From NCBI RefSeq assembly GCF_009914755.1, contig NC_060947.1: a stretch of 64,000 nucleotides of DNA. One strand, written 5' to 3'. This document shows, piece by piece, positions 19,495 through 37,830 of the stretch. The number at the start of each line of letters is the position of its first letter. Position 1 is the stretch's first letter. Origin of the DNA: the human T2T-CHM13v2.0 reference genome, Homo sapiens. The notes below the pieces were generated by a model. The model was not told the origin of the DNA. It searched no databases and saw nothing but the letters and a program-made list of their open reading frames with translations. Made by a program: the position numbers and the translations under genes.

Positions 19495-19845
19495 AGAGAT
19501 TGCTGGTTGCCTCTCGGTATTTCTTTTCTTCTTCCTTAGTCACAGAACCCCAGTTGCAAGCTGGGTACATTACCACCCAAAGTTAAAACTACTGGCTGGC
19601 TTCCCAATTATTTTTTCATTTGAGAAAATGAAGATGACAATGTTATTTGCTGCCATTTCCCAGTCTGCCTTGCAGGAGGTGTGATTGAGTTCTACACAGA
19701 GAGATACAAAGGAGCACACTGTATAAAATATCCTTGATGTTTGCTTGAAGGGAGTGTATTCAACCGTTTGTTGATTGGCCGCAACAAAACAGAGATGTTT
19801 CTGCAGCATCTTGGGTGACCTTAAAGATGAAAACCATGATGGCTT
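19495..19845 (+). mobile_element. old MaLR LTR fragment (MLT1J/K-like) carrying a non-MLT insert
   Basis: CTTCCTTAGTCACAGAACCCC...AAAACTAC[insert]CATTTCCCAGTCTGCCTTGCAG. Confidence 0.65.
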
Positions 19846-20234
19846 CGAAACATAGGAATATTGTTTTGAATATTGAATATAATTAATTTATAAGAATTAT
19901 AATTAATGGTTTATACTTCGATAATTAGTATTTCTATTAATTAATTAATGGCAATACTAATTGTATATGAACAAAAAGCAACATAGAAGGATCTTGAGAA
20001 TAAATCCTTACATGTTAAGGCTAAAAGAAAAACCTTCAAAGAAGAATCAACTCATCGAGTCATCAGATGAGTTTCATTTTGTGCCAAACCCACTTCTATG
20101 GGTTTGCCTTAAGGATTAGAGAGAAGGGGAGACTAAACTGACACTGAGCACCTAAGCTTGGTGTATTAAATATTGTGGTAGGCATTTGCTTTTTAAAAAA
20201 GTGTTACCCCTAAAGGGCAAAGGAAAAAAGGCCA

Positions 20235-21620
<1,386 letters not shown>

Positions 21621-21654
21621 AACTTAGTGGTAGTAGTTTCTAAGAGGGATTGAC

Positions 21655-22075
21655 TTGTCAACCTCAATTCTTCACCCTCCCCTGCAACTACACTTTGGCC
21701 ACGCCATTGATGAGCAGAAAATGTACATTGTCTCCCTTAACTTGGGGCTTGGCCTTGTGAATTGCATTGGTCAATAGAATAGGGCATAAATAACAGTATG
21801 CCAGTTCTGATTCAATAACTTAAGAGGATTCACATGTTTCTGCTTGCCCTCCTATGCCTCTGCAATGACCATGAGAAGAATATCCCTGCAATAGCTGTTC
21901 ACTTTTCAATCTGAGCCCAAGAAAAACAGATCTGGAGATAAATATCCCCAGCTGCTGTACCACTGAAGCAGAGACATCAGCCAATTAACAGATTGATGAA
22001 AATAATAGACAACTATAAGCCATAGAATTTGGAGGATTGTTACACATAATTATTGTGGCAATATTTAACTCACAC
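21655..22075 (+). mobile_element. MaLR LTR (MLT1H/I-like)
   Basis: GGGGCTTGGCCTTGTGAATTGCATTGGTCAATAGAAT...CATGAGAAGAA...TTATTGTGGCAATATTTAACTCACACA. Confidence 0.75.
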
Positions 22076-22169
22076 AAGAGAACTGACCAAAGATAAGAAG
22101 AAGATGCCTCTTATGTATCCCACATGAGATTAGGAAGAAGGAAGTTAGAAAAGAGAATTATAAGGAGGG

Positions 22170-22280
22170 GATTGAAGCTCGGAGAGCCCAAGAAACTTGC
22201 CCAAAGTTGTGGACAAGGAAATTATGAAACAATGACTGGAATTCAGGACTGTCTGATTCCAACTCCATGTTCTTTTTGCT
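22170..22280 (-). mobile_element. MIR fragment
   Basis: AACTTGCCCAAAGT...GGAATTCAGGACTGTCTGATTCCAA. Confidence 0.55.
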
Positions 22281-22499
22281 GTATCAATCTGTATGGTCTC
22301 AGAGGAGTCAACCTGACATTCCTGAAGAGTTCTGAATGGAGATGAGCTCTGAGAAGTACAGAAGTCTCCAGGCACCAGGGACCAGAACTCATATTCTATG
22401 GCTGATCGTGTATGAAGAAGTGCAATTTATATCACCCACTGGCTTTCTAGGGGAACTCTATATTTCTCTTTGGGGCACACATTTTTTTTAAATGTAGGT

Positions 22500-22715
22500 A
22501 GTATGGGAACATCAGAGTTTGGAAATCAGACAGGTTTGGATTTGAATCCCAGATACGCAATTTACTTACTATGCATATTTCAGCAATTGACTTAAACCTG
22601 GATGCACTTCAGTTTTATCATCTATGAAATGGACAAAATTTACCTTGCTGGTTTGTTCAGGGGATGGCTAAGCTTAGGCATCTTTCCCATAGTAGGTGCT
22701 CAGTAAGTGTTAGCT
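22500..22715 (+). mobile_element. MIR
   Basis: GGATTTGAATCCCAG...CAGTTTTATCATCTATGAAATGG...ATAGTAGGTGCTCAGTAA. Confidence 0.75.
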
Positions 22716-22936
22716 CCTCCCTACTTCTTATCACAAGGGCACTGCTGTCTACAAAATGAACCTTCATGCACAAAAATTAGAGAACAACAACAACGACAAT
22801 AACAATAACAAAAGCTTCCTCCAGGTGTGAATTTTGTTTCCCTTAAAAGTAACAAGATACTGTCTTTATTATAAACAAATATATATTGCACCCCTCTTTT
22901 TTTCATCTTTCTTACTTCAAATTTATCTTTACCCTC

Positions 22937-23315
22937 TGTATTAGTTAGTTCTTGCACTAGTATAACAACATACCTGAGACTGGGTAGTGTATAATGAAAA
23001 GGGGTTTCAGGCACAGTTCTACAAGCGGTACACGAGGCATAGCTGGCGAGGCCTCAGGAAACTTACAATCATGGCAGAAGGTGAAGAGGAAGGAGGCGTG
23101 TCTTCACATGGCCGCCAGGAAAATAAGAGACAGGGGGAGGTGCTACACACTTTTACAACAACCAGATCCTGTGAGAACTCACTCACTATCACAAGGACAG
23201 CAAAAAGGAAGTTGGCTCCCATGATTAAATCACCTTCTACCTGGCCCCTCCTCCAACTCTGTGAATTACAGTTTGTCATGGGATTTGGGTGGCAACACAG
23301 AGCCAAACCATATCA
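22937..23315 (-). mobile_element. MaLR solo LTR (MSTA/THE1D-type)
   Basis: TGTATTAGT...GAGGCCTCAGGAAACTTACAATCATGGCAGAAGG...CCAAACCATATCA. Confidence 0.9.
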
Positions 23316-23744
23316 CCTTTCTAATTTCCTCATGAATTACTGTGGCACCTCAACTACTACTCTGCAATATTTCTGCCAAGACTGGACAAAGGGCAACATG
23401 AGTGAGGTACTAGGGAAGAATCCCATTTCCTCTGCATCCTAAATCTTGCCATAATGTTAGCCTAAAGGTTGAATTCCAACAGCAGGGAAAGAAGGTGGAA
23501 AAGAATAATTTTTATTGATCTCTTCCCGCCGCAATTTTCTTCCTTCAGTTCGGCAGCAGTCATGTCAAGGGTAGCGGTGGAAAAATAAATGGCTTCTCTC
23601 TGTGATCTGTGTTTTATAACATCTCTGTACTCCTCTTTCTTCCTCCCTTTTTACTAGATTTACAGAAGAAAAGCAAAGGTGACAGATTAGTATAGTGATT
23701 TGTGTGTCAAACATAAAAAATAATAATGGTTCCGTGTAGACTAT

Positions 23745-23900
23745 AATAATAATAGTAATAGTAACAATAATGGCCGGCATTTTTCAGGCTTTTAGAATGT
23801 GTCAGGTATTATTCTAAGGCCCTTACACCCATTAACTCATTGAATCTTCACACAAATTCTGTTGAGTAGGCACTAGTATTATTCCTATTTTAAAGAAAAG
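23745..23900 (-). mobile_element. MIR fragment
   Basis: ATTAACTCATTGAATCTTCACAC...ATTATTCCTATTTTAAAGA. Confidence 0.65.
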
Positions 23901-24012
23901 AAAAAATATCTCTGACTATAACATTGGATTTATCTGTTTCTCCTTGTAACTTTATCAGTTGTTGAATCATGCATTCTGATGCTCTGTTTGTAGGTGCATA
24001 CACATTAAGGAT

Positions 24013-24390
24013 TGTCTCTTTGTCCATTCAGGCTGCTATAACAAAAGCATACATTGGATGGTTTATAAGCAGGCATTAATTTCATACTCCTGGAGACTGG
24101 GAAGTCCAAGATCAAGGTGCTGATAAATTCAGTGTCCGGAGAGGGCCTCTTCCTGGTTTGTTGGCCCCTGACTTTCAGCTGTGTCCTCAAGTGGTGGAAG
24201 GGGGAAGGAATCTCATTGGGTCTTCTTATAAGGCTGCTAATCCCATTGATGAAGCCTCAGTCCTCCTGACCTAATCACCCATCAAAGGCCACACTTCCTA
24301 ATACCCTCTTTTTGGGGATTAGGATTACAACATTTAAATTGTGTGTTAGGGGGAGGGTGGGGTAGGGACACAAACGTTCAGACCATAGCA
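24013..24390 (-). mobile_element. MaLR solo LTR (MSTD/MLT1A-type)
   Basis: GTCCATTCAGGCTGCTATAACAAAA...GGGAAGTCCAAGATCAAGGTGC...CAAACGTTCAGACCATAGCA. Confidence 0.88.
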
Positions 24391-24530
24391 GATTGTTATG
24401 TCTTCTTGGATGACTGACTCCGTTATCATTATGTAATTATTCAATTTATCCATGATACCTTACCTTGCCTGGTGGTCTGCTCTGTCTGAAATTAATAGAG
24501 ATAGTCCCACTTTCTTTTGATTAGTGGTAG

Positions 24531-24970
<440 letters not shown>

Positions 24971-25850
24971 CTATGACAATATCTGTCTTTTAATTGCGAT
25001 ATTTAGACCATTGATGTTTAAGTGATTATTGATACAGGTGGGTAACATTGAACACATTTGCAACTGTTTTCTATTTGTTGCCCATGTTCTGTTTCTATTT
25101 TTGTCTCCCACACTTTTTCTGCCTTTTGTAGTTATAACTAAATATTCATATGATTCCATTTTCTCTCCTTTATTAATATATCAGTCATATTCCTTCTTAA
25201 TCTTTTCTTGGTGGTTTCCCTAAAGTTGCAATATATGTTTAAAACCAATCCAGGTCCACTTTCAAATAACACTATACCACTTCATGGGTAATGAAAGTAA
25301 TTTAAAATAACAAAATAATCTGAATTCCTCCATCCTGTCCTTTGCAACATTGCTATCATTTATTTTACTTATATATAAGCATATAAATACAGAAGTATAT
25401 ATATTGAATACATTGTTGCTATTCTTTTTTAAACAAACCATTATATGTTACATCAATTACAAATAAGAAAAATAAAAGCTTTTAGTTTACTTATTCTTTC
25501 TCTAATTTCTTTATGTAGATCCAAGTGTCTAATCTATATTATTTTCCTTCTCTCTGAATAACTTTTAACATTTCTTTCAAAGCTAGTCTTCTGGCAATAA
25601 ATTCTCTCAATTTTTGTTTATTCAAGAAAGTCTCTATTTCTCCTTCACTTGTGAAGGATAATTTTATAGGATTCAAAATTCTAGGTTGGTGAAGTTGTTT
25701 TTCTACCAAAACTTTAAATATTTCACTCCACCTTTTTCTTGCTTGCCTGGTTTCTGAGAAGTCAAGTGTAATTCTTGTCTTTGATCCTATATAGGTGTCT
25801 TTTGTTTCTGATGGCTTGTTTCAAGACTCTTTTCTTATCTTTGATTTTCA

Positions 25851-26186
<336 letters not shown>

Positions 26187-26916
26187 CTATGTGTATGTTT
26201 GTGTTTTTTTTTTTTTTTTGGCTTTTATCCTGCTTGGTTCTCCAAGCTTACTGGATATGTGGTTTGGTGTCTGATATTAATCTGGGGAAATTCTCAGTTA
26301 TTATTCTGTTACACATTTCTTCTGTCCCTGTCTCTCTTTCTTTTCCTTCTGATATCCTCATTATGTGTATGTTATACCTCTAAGAGTTGCCCCACAGTTC
26401 CTGGATATTCTGTTCTGGGGGTTTTCGGTATTTTTTTTTCTTTTTTCTTTTTAGTTTTGAAAGTGTCTATTCCATACCCTCAAGCTCAGAGATTCTTTCC
26501 TTAGCTGCATCCAGTCTACTAATATGCCCATCACAGGCATTCTTCATTTCTGTTGCAGTGTCTTTGATCTCTAGCATTTCTTTTAAATGCTATCTCAGAA
26601 TTTCCATCTCTTTGCTTATATTATCTATCTGTTCTTGCATGTTGTCTACTTTTTCCATTAAAGCTCTTAGTACAATAATACGTATTTTCAAAAAAATTCC
26701 TCGTCTGATAACGCCACCATTCCTGATATATTTGAATTTTGTTCTGATGTTTGTTCAATCTCTTCAAACTTTATGTTTTGCCAGTAATGTCCTTGTAATA
26801 TTTTGTTGAAGGATGAACATAGTACATTGGGTGAGAGAAACTGCAATGAAGAGGCCCTGAATGATGTAGTGGTATGTGTTTGAAGGTGGCATGTGAAGTG
26901 TTCTATAGCTTTATGA

Positions 26917-27228
<312 letters not shown>

Positions 27229-28089
27229 TGATTAGCTTTGTCTTTTGGTGAACCTGTGCCCCTAAACTGTGAACTTAGCCAATACTTCTCAGCTTCTTCC
27301 CCCTTGGATAGGACAGAATGTTTATAGTGGTGAGAGTTGAGCATCTCCCTTTCCTCACATGAAAGGCTACAGGGAGCTGGAATTGGGTATTTTCCTTCCC
27401 ACAAGTAGGTTCTGAAATAGTCCCAGCAGGTTAGACTCTTGTAAAATACTGTAGTTTCTCCTAAGGACATGTCTTCTGAAGAAGAACAAAATGCTTTGGT
27501 GTATTTCAGAATGTTTACTTTTCTAAAGCATGAGGGGACTTTCTGATGCTCATTATGAAGACCCAATAGAGCTCCAAAAGGTAAAAACTCACAAAATGTA
27601 AGTGCAGCCATATAACAGAAGTTTTTAACTTTCAGAGTTGTCCACTCTGAGCCTCCAGCGTTTCACCAATTACAGTTTACGTTTTCTTACTATGGCATTG
27701 GTTCTTGTGGAGGTTTCTGCTTTGGGGTTTCTGCTCTAGTAAGCTGTGATTCCCTTTGTCTGCCTGTTTCTGTCTCCAATTTTGGGGGCAGCAATTTACT
27801 CTGTGACCTCACTTCTTTGATGAATCTAAAGCCTAAGAATAGTTGTTGATTTTCCCTTTTGTTCAGCTCTTCACATGTTGATAGGAAGGAGCAACAACTT
27901 CCAAGCGCCTTACATGTTGGACCACACACCAGAAGTGGTAGAAATTAAAATGAACAGAATAATGTTAAGGACATATCCAAGGTTATACACCTAAGAAGTA
28001 ATGAATCCAGACTCAAAACTAATGTCAGAGCCCACTGTCAACCACTGCCCTAAGCTGATCTCAGACCACTCTGCTATACTTAAAAAGCG

Positions 28090-28270
28090 TATATTGGTTA
28101 TATGTGGGCTCTAGAGCTAGACTCTTTAGGTATGAATCCAGTTCCATCACTTTTATTAGTTGTATGACTTTTTGCCTAAGTCTGTTGTAGGGATTAAGTG
28201 AGTTGGTTTCTGAAATGCACTTACAACAACAGTGACTAGAAGTGAGAAAGCGCTTACTAAATGGTGGCAG
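28090..28270 (+). mobile_element. MIR (internally deleted)
   Basis: GGCTCTAGAGCTAGAC...GTTGTAGGGATTAAGTGAG. Confidence 0.6.
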
Positions 28271-28419
28271 CTTTTGGTACTGCATGGAAGAGCCAGCATT
28301 CTTATCCCTCCAATACATGAAAAATGCACAGGTGTGGTATGGTGAATTTGTAGCATCTCTTCTGGAAATTCGGGCGGAAGAGATTTCCAAAGCATCTGTT
28401 TTCTTGAAATGCTGCACCC

Positions 28420-28593
28420 TATATAGTTTCTTGCTCTTCAAAGTCTGGTACATTAAACCAACAACATTGGCATCTCCTGGGAGCTAATAAAAAAATGAAA
28501 ATTCTCAAGTCCCATCCCAGACCATTTGAATCAGAATCTGCATTTTAACAGGATTCCCAGGTGATTAATTGGTGCATTTTAGTTTAAGACTCT
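28420..28593. mobile_element. MER5A (hAT-Charlie MITE)
   Basis: CATCTCCTGGGAGCT...CCCAGACC..TGAATCAGAATCTGCATTTTAACAGGATTCCCAGGTGATT. Confidence 0.85.
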
Positions 28594-28594
28594 G

Positions 28595-28812
28595 ATATAG
28601 CATAGTGGTTAAGAGCACAGGCTTTGAATTCAGACTCATTTGCATCAGAAGCGAAGTTCTGTCAATTATAAGCTCTGTAATCTTTGAGCAGTTTTCTTAA
28701 CTATCTGTGCCTAATTTCCTCATCTATAAAATTGGAATAATAATAATACCTCTCTCACAGGGCTGTTGAGAAGATAGACACACAGTAGGTGCTCAGAAAA
28801 CAAATGTTATAG
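28595..28812 (+). mobile_element. MIR
   Basis: TATAGCATAGTGGTTAAGAGCACAGGCTTTG...TTTCCTCATCTATAAAAT. Confidence 0.85.
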
Positions 28813-30478
28813 CTACATTGCTACCATTATCATCAAAGTGTCAAGGCTGAAACAGGCCAGGTGAAAAGCTATCCCCATGAAGTCAGTATATAGGGGAAAG
28901 AGGGCACTTGAGGATGGCTCAAGTCTGGAGGGTCACAGCCTGGATACTTTATTCAACTACAGTGGAGAGCAGGGTATTATCACAAGGAATGCTTAGATCA
29001 CATGTGAAACAAAAAGGGCATAAAGTTGAAATTGTGAGGCAAAGACATCAGGACAAGAACAAGTTGAAGATTAGAAGGAAGGACAAGGAGAGAACTAAGC
29101 AGGAAGAGTGACTGCTGGTTCAGAGAGAAAACCTAGTCTCCAGCACTGGTACAACCAAGTGGTATGATTGTGTTCTGATGCACTTGGATCACATGGCCAG
29201 AATAATAAAGGGAGCTCCTTAAAGGTACTGGAGGGGCTCCGCCAGCACCGCTCCCCACCCCCCAAAAAAACACACACCTGGTTTAGAATACCCCCAAGGA
29301 CATCGATCCATCTCATCTACTGTATCCTTAATGCATCCCAGGAACAATTAACTAAAGCGGGGTTTCACTGGGTGCAAGAGGAGGAATTCATTCCCTATTT
29401 CCATACATTTACTCTGTCATTACTGCTTTGGAGTGCATGAAACTTGACCATGATTAAACAGAAACACTTTTTTGAGTATGCAATCCAAGGAGCTATTTTT
29501 CCCCAACCTACTGGGCTGAAAAATATTTATTCTTCCTGAAGGATGGAATGGTAGCCTCCGTGGTTTGGCTTCTTGCAATAACACTCCCTAAGGGTTAATG
29601 TGCTATTAATATGGCAAAAAAGGAAGAAACCCCTTTAAATAGCAGCTTATGCTTCTTTTTGATTTCTCTCCTGCAAAAGTTGATTTACTGTGTGTTTCTT
29701 CCATCTGGCAGGAAGCTAATCTGAATATGAATCAATCCTTGCAAAAATAACTGCAGGAAATTTTAGACATTCATAACTTTCCAAAGTTTTTTTTTTCTTT
29801 AACAATAGCATTTTTGTCATTCTTTCAGTTGTGCAAAGTTTTTCAATTGAAATGAAGTATGACTATTTAAGGAATTCTGCCACCTCATCCTGAATGCCTC
29901 CTTTACTGTTATAGATTCACATTGCTCATCTTCTAGATATTTGCACATAAATGAATAATTGCTGTTATCCCAAAAAGTTTTAATCATGAGGGGAAAACAG
30001 ATTAATGTGATGTTCCCAACTAGAAAAGCAAAACAGCAAAAAAAGATAATTCTCAAATATCTAATTCTTCTTTCCTTGTAGTATATTTTGTAATAATGAT
30101 GTTTTCTTCTAACACTGCTTGTACCAATTACTATTTCTGGAGCTGCTAAACAAAATGGGACAAGAAAAAGCTATCTTATAAATCTAGACTGGAGTCTTTA
30201 ACAAGTAACTTGGCATTTTCAAAATCATTGCTTCTCAACCGTTGCCACATCGTAGCATACCTTAAAAATAATGTTTGTACAGCATACTGAGGTAAATAGA
30301 TGAGGCTGCTTGGGCAGGAAATGACTGGCCCAGGGACTCCAGCTGCCTCAGGTCCCATCAAACCATCTCAACGCTTGGGGAATAAATATTTCATTACACC
30401 CACAGCCATTTTCACTAAGCACACAAGCTCTGCTCATGATGACCCTGTTCCTCTGAACTTAGAATTGGTGAAGGAACG

Positions 30479-30831
<353 letters not shown>

Positions 30832-30936
30832 TCATCCAGACTAATGGATGAGTGTCTTTGGCAGAATTTCCAGACAAAGGCTATATGGCCAAGTCACTCC
30901 ACTTTATACTGACTTGTCAAGTATGACTGGCTAGCC

Positions 30937-31335
30937 CAGCACTTTCCAAACTGTGTTTCATAGAATGCTAGTATTCCACGAGATATTGTTAGACACTAAA
31001 GAAATTTCCCTTCTGTAGTCAAATAATTTTGAGATTTAGTGGGTTAAACGTATTTCATTACTATAAGAGTTTCTGAACTCTTTCACATCCTAATGTGATT
31101 TGTGAATTTCCAAAAAAATAAGATAGAGCTGATTGGCAACATATGGTTGTGCAAGTTGTGCACTGTACAACTCTAGAGGTAAATATTCACATTGTAGCTT
31201 ATTATACGACACTCATTTATGTAGTGTACAACCTCTACATGGCAGGACTAGAATATAGCATGCAATATTTTCCATATATTCGACCATGGGACGTTGTCCA
31301 GAATACTTGTTAATGTCTACTAGAGCACATTTGGT
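30937..31335. mobile_element. old hAT-Charlie-type MITE hosting a MER91 insertion
   Basis: CAGCACTTTCCAAACTGTGTTTCATAGAA TIR-like start; GAGCACATTTGG end. Confidence 0.5.
31128..31250. mobile_element. MER91-like palindromic MITE (hAT-Tip100)
   Basis: GTTGTGCAAGTTGTGCACTGTACAACTCTAG ... GTAGTGTACAACCT. Confidence 0.7.
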
Positions 31336-31449
31336 TCTACGTGAACTCCACCGATGATCTTGTTCATTTTGCTACCTTTCCAGCATTCTATGTTCTAAGT
31401 AACTCGACTCCTTTTTCCCAAACAGATTGTGCTTTCTCTCACCCCTGTG

Positions 31450-31637
31450 AGGAAAGAACACGGTCTTTCATGTGACCCCAGCCTGAGTTCAATACCAGAT
31501 CTGCCACTTATTTACCAGCTCTGGGCCTTGGTGCTATCTGCAAAATAGAAAGAGTATCATGCACATTACAGGGTGCTTGTGTGGATTAAATGAGCAAGCA
31601 AATGTAAAGGCCCAGTACAGACCCAGACACAGAGTAA
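31450..31637 (+). mobile_element. MIR
   Basis: TCTGCCACTTAT...GTGTGGATTAAATGAG...ATGTAAAGG. Confidence 0.7.
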
Positions 31638-31639
31638 TA

Positions 31640-31850
31640 CATGTTGATTGTCCCTTATCTTAAATGCTTGGGACCAGAAGTGTTTCAATTTTTTGATTTT
31701 TTTGGATTTTGGAATATTTCCATTATATTTACCAGTCAAGCATACCTAATGCAAATATCTGAAATCCAAAAAGCATTTTCTTTGAGCACCATGCTGGTAC
31801 TCAAAAAGTTTCAGATTTTGGAATGTTACAGAGTTGGTGTGTTCAACCTG
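31640..31850. mobile_element. Tigger4a/MER46-type MITE (TcMar-Tigger)
   Basis: TA|CATGTTGA...TCAACCTG|TA: TIRs with TA TSD; AAATGCTTGGGACCAGAAGTGTTTC. Confidence 0.85.
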
Positions 31851-31879
31851 TATACAACAAATATTCCTCTTCACCGTCA

Positions 31880-32190
31880 GTGCTTTTGCTGAAATTCCCA
31901 CTGCCTGCAATGCCTTTCTGTGCTCAGTCTGTCCTTGAAGGAATATCTCATTTACAAAGCCTTCCTGGTGCAGCTACTCCCTTCTTCAAACCTCTGTAGC
32001 ACTTTGTAGTTCATTCAAAGGTATATTCTAGCACATTATTTCTGATAGAATAATTTTGACCAATTTCTCATCTCCCTTGCTTGAGTATGAAATCTTGAGG
32101 GCCGCAGCATTGTCTTGTTCACCTTTGATCCTCAACGGAACCTGGGATATCTTAGGTACTCAGTAGATGTTTGTATAATCTAGTGAAATA
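31880..32190 (+). mobile_element. L2 3' end
   Basis: CTTGAGGGCCGCAGCATTGTCTTGTTCACCTTTG...TAGGTACTCAGTAGATGTTTG. Confidence 0.7.
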
Positions 32191-33316
32191 AAAATCATAA
32201 AGTAGCTGGCAGGTAGCCACAATATTTTTCACTGAAGAGGTGATGATAATAGCTCTTCTGGGCTGACTGGGTGCACATTATAGTCTGGGCAAAAATTTGT
32301 CTACTGGTTTGCATAGACAGACACAGCAAATCATAAAGATACATTTTGCATAGCACGAAGAAGACATAGAGGTTTAAATTGCATGAATGTGCTGTATAAT
32401 TAACATCTTCTATGGAATAAAGGCCTTGAAGCATAGAGTTGATGATTAATCTCATAATTGATTAAAAATTCAAAAATAAGGCAAATACTTTAGAACAGAG
32501 TCCCAGACTCAAAGATCGATATACATAAAATCCCTTTTCCTTAAGTTATCTTCAACTGCTAACCTATACTAAACACTAAGCTAAGCCTCTTTAGAAATTT
32601 CTATTAAGATGATGCATTTGCTTACATTACAATATCTACTGTTCTGAGTATATGTAGACAGCCCATTTTTACATCAATAAAATATGAATTATCTATACCC
32701 AGCGTTATATTTTATTCAGGTTCTCATGCTAAAGTATTTTTAAATGAGATATATATGTCCAAAATAAGTTGCACATTAGCTTTTCAAGTAAGAATTTTGT
32801 TATGAAGATTTAAGGTAAATGCAAACAATCTTGTAAAGTGGGGCTACATTCATCAACAGGAATTAGATACTTTAGGAAGAAAATTCAAGATCAAGAACAT
32901 CTTTTTAAATAATGTCAAAGGGACTTTTTACAAAAATCACCTAGTTAAGACATACAGTTCTATTTCTTAACAAGTGTTTTGGCCCTTGACACCTTATTTG
33001 AAGAGTGATTTATCAGAAAACTACAAAATTATGATGGTTGAAGGTGTTGATAACTTCCATAACAACTGATTAGTTTCTATAACAGCATGATATCAAAATG
33101 CCCCCATACAACGTGTCAATAATAATAATGTGTAAGCATATGAATTGTTTTAATTTACAAATCCAGAGAGTTGCAGGCTTTATTCAATAATTTAACACTT
33201 ACATTTCAAAATATATATACTGTGTGGACACAACCCTTAAAGCAAGCAAACAATTGATTATTAAAGTAGTCGTTTCAGGACAAATAAAGAAAGATGCTAT
33301 TGTAATTGTTGCTGGT

Positions 33317-34815
<1,499 letters not shown>

Positions 34816-34864
34816 TACAAGTTACCCCATCTCAGCTAGACAGTTCCTAAGAGAATACATTATT

Positions 34865-35168
<304 letters not shown>

Positions 35169-35169
35169 T

Positions 35170-36400
<1,231 letters not shown>

Positions 36401-36524
36401 ATAGTGCTGGAAAACATGTCTTTTGAGAAAGAACATACCTTGTTCTATTTTTTTCCGCTTTTGAAAATTCCATCTCATCCACCAGCTGCAGGACAAATCA
36501 CTGAACTAAATGTTTAACTGGTTT

Positions 36525-37117
36525 TGAGAAAGAGAAAAACAGCTTCTGACATTCACAAGCTATGCCCAGTTGTTGCTAGGAGCTGGCTTGGCACTCACAG
36601 CTAGGCCTTGGTATTACTCTATCAGGAACATCAGCATTAAATGAGGCCGCTGTGTGACCATGACGGATGAAGGCGAAAACAAGACCGCTCTGCAATCATG
36701 TCTGAACACAGACAGAACATGGACATTGTGCAAGTCACAAGAATGACCAGTTATCTCACTATTCTGAATAATATAAGTTGCTGGGTTTTTTTCTTTTACC
36801 AATTACAAGTCTACCCTTGCTTTAGACTGCCCTCACAATAGATAAGGTGTATTAAGATACCTGATCATCATATTACCCCGACTTCCCGAGAGTATTCAAC
36901 CCAGAGAAAAATTCTGCTTCCTCAAAATCTCCCCCAAATCACCTAATACAAATCCAAACACTATAACAAATCCTTTTATTATCTTCCTACTGAGATGCCC
37001 CCATAATTGATAAAAATAGTTCTCTATGATGTATATTCTCTCCTACTGTAATGAGTAATAAACCCGATTTGTTCAACTATAGTGTGTTCCTGATAGTCTT
37101 TAGCTAGAGGGCTTTCA
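36525..37117 (+). mobile_element. old ERV1-type solo LTR (MER67/MER31-like)
   Basis: AAAACAAGACCGCTCTGCAATCATGTCTGAACACAGAC; AATAAA near 3' end; ends in CA; left boundary uncertain. Confidence 0.65.
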
Positions 37118-37159
37118 AATAATAATATGAAAACATTGTGGTATATAGTCCAACTGCTT

Positions 37160-37490
37160 TTTATTTTTATTTTATTTCATTTTTAAACATTTATTTATTT
37201 TAATTGATGAGTAAAAATTGTATATATTTATTGTGTACATCATATTGTTTTGAAACATGTATATATTGTAGGATGGCTAAATCTAGCTAATTCACATATA
37301 CATTGCTTCACATATTTATCTTTTTTGTGGTAAGAACATTTAAAATCTATTTTCTTAGCAACGTGCAAGAATATAATGTTTTTATTAACCACAGCCACCA
37401 TGCTGTCTGCAAAATAGATCTCTTAAACTAATCCTTCCTATCTAGCTGAAATTTTGTATCCTTTGATCAACATCTTCCCGACCCTTATAT
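37160..37490 (-). mobile_element. L1MA-type 3' end
   Basis: GGATGGCTAAATCTAGCTAATT...AATAGATCTCTT...GAAATTTTGTATCCTTTGA. Confidence 0.88.
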
Positions 37491-37614
37491 TTTATTAGAA
37501 TGAGTCATTTCCAGTCCGATGAAATCCATTACTGTTTTAAAGCCCCATTCCGTGTAGGTCACATACTAGTTTAAGTTTTGAGAGATACTATGTATATTCG
37601 GATAAATTGTATCA

Positions 37615-37830
37615 GGGAGTCAGTATAGGATCCTTGAAGAGCATTGTATTTGATATGAGAACTGGATTTACAACATTCTAGAAGGAGGATTTTGGGGAAA
37701 TGTGTTAATCACTCTAAGTTTTTGCTTCCTTATTTGTAAATGGAGATAAGAACTCTTATCTTAACACTGTTGTGGTAAGGATTCAATGAGGGAGCTTTTT
37801 GTAAACTAAAGCTAAAGTTCTGTAAATAGG
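37615..37830 (+). mobile_element. MIR
   Basis: TTCCTTATTTGTAAATGGAGATAA...TGTTGTGGTAAGGATTCAATGAG. Confidence 0.6.

Noticed and set aside
19855-19970. AT-rich stretch with short palindromes
   Set aside because: Low complexity; short AT palindromes expected by chance
20049-20074. AACTCATC...GATGAGTT inverted repeat
   Set aside because: Only an 8-bp stem; expected by chance in 64 kb
22987-23442. 151-aa ORF
   Set aside because: Lies over an antisense MST/THE1 LTR; no domain similarity
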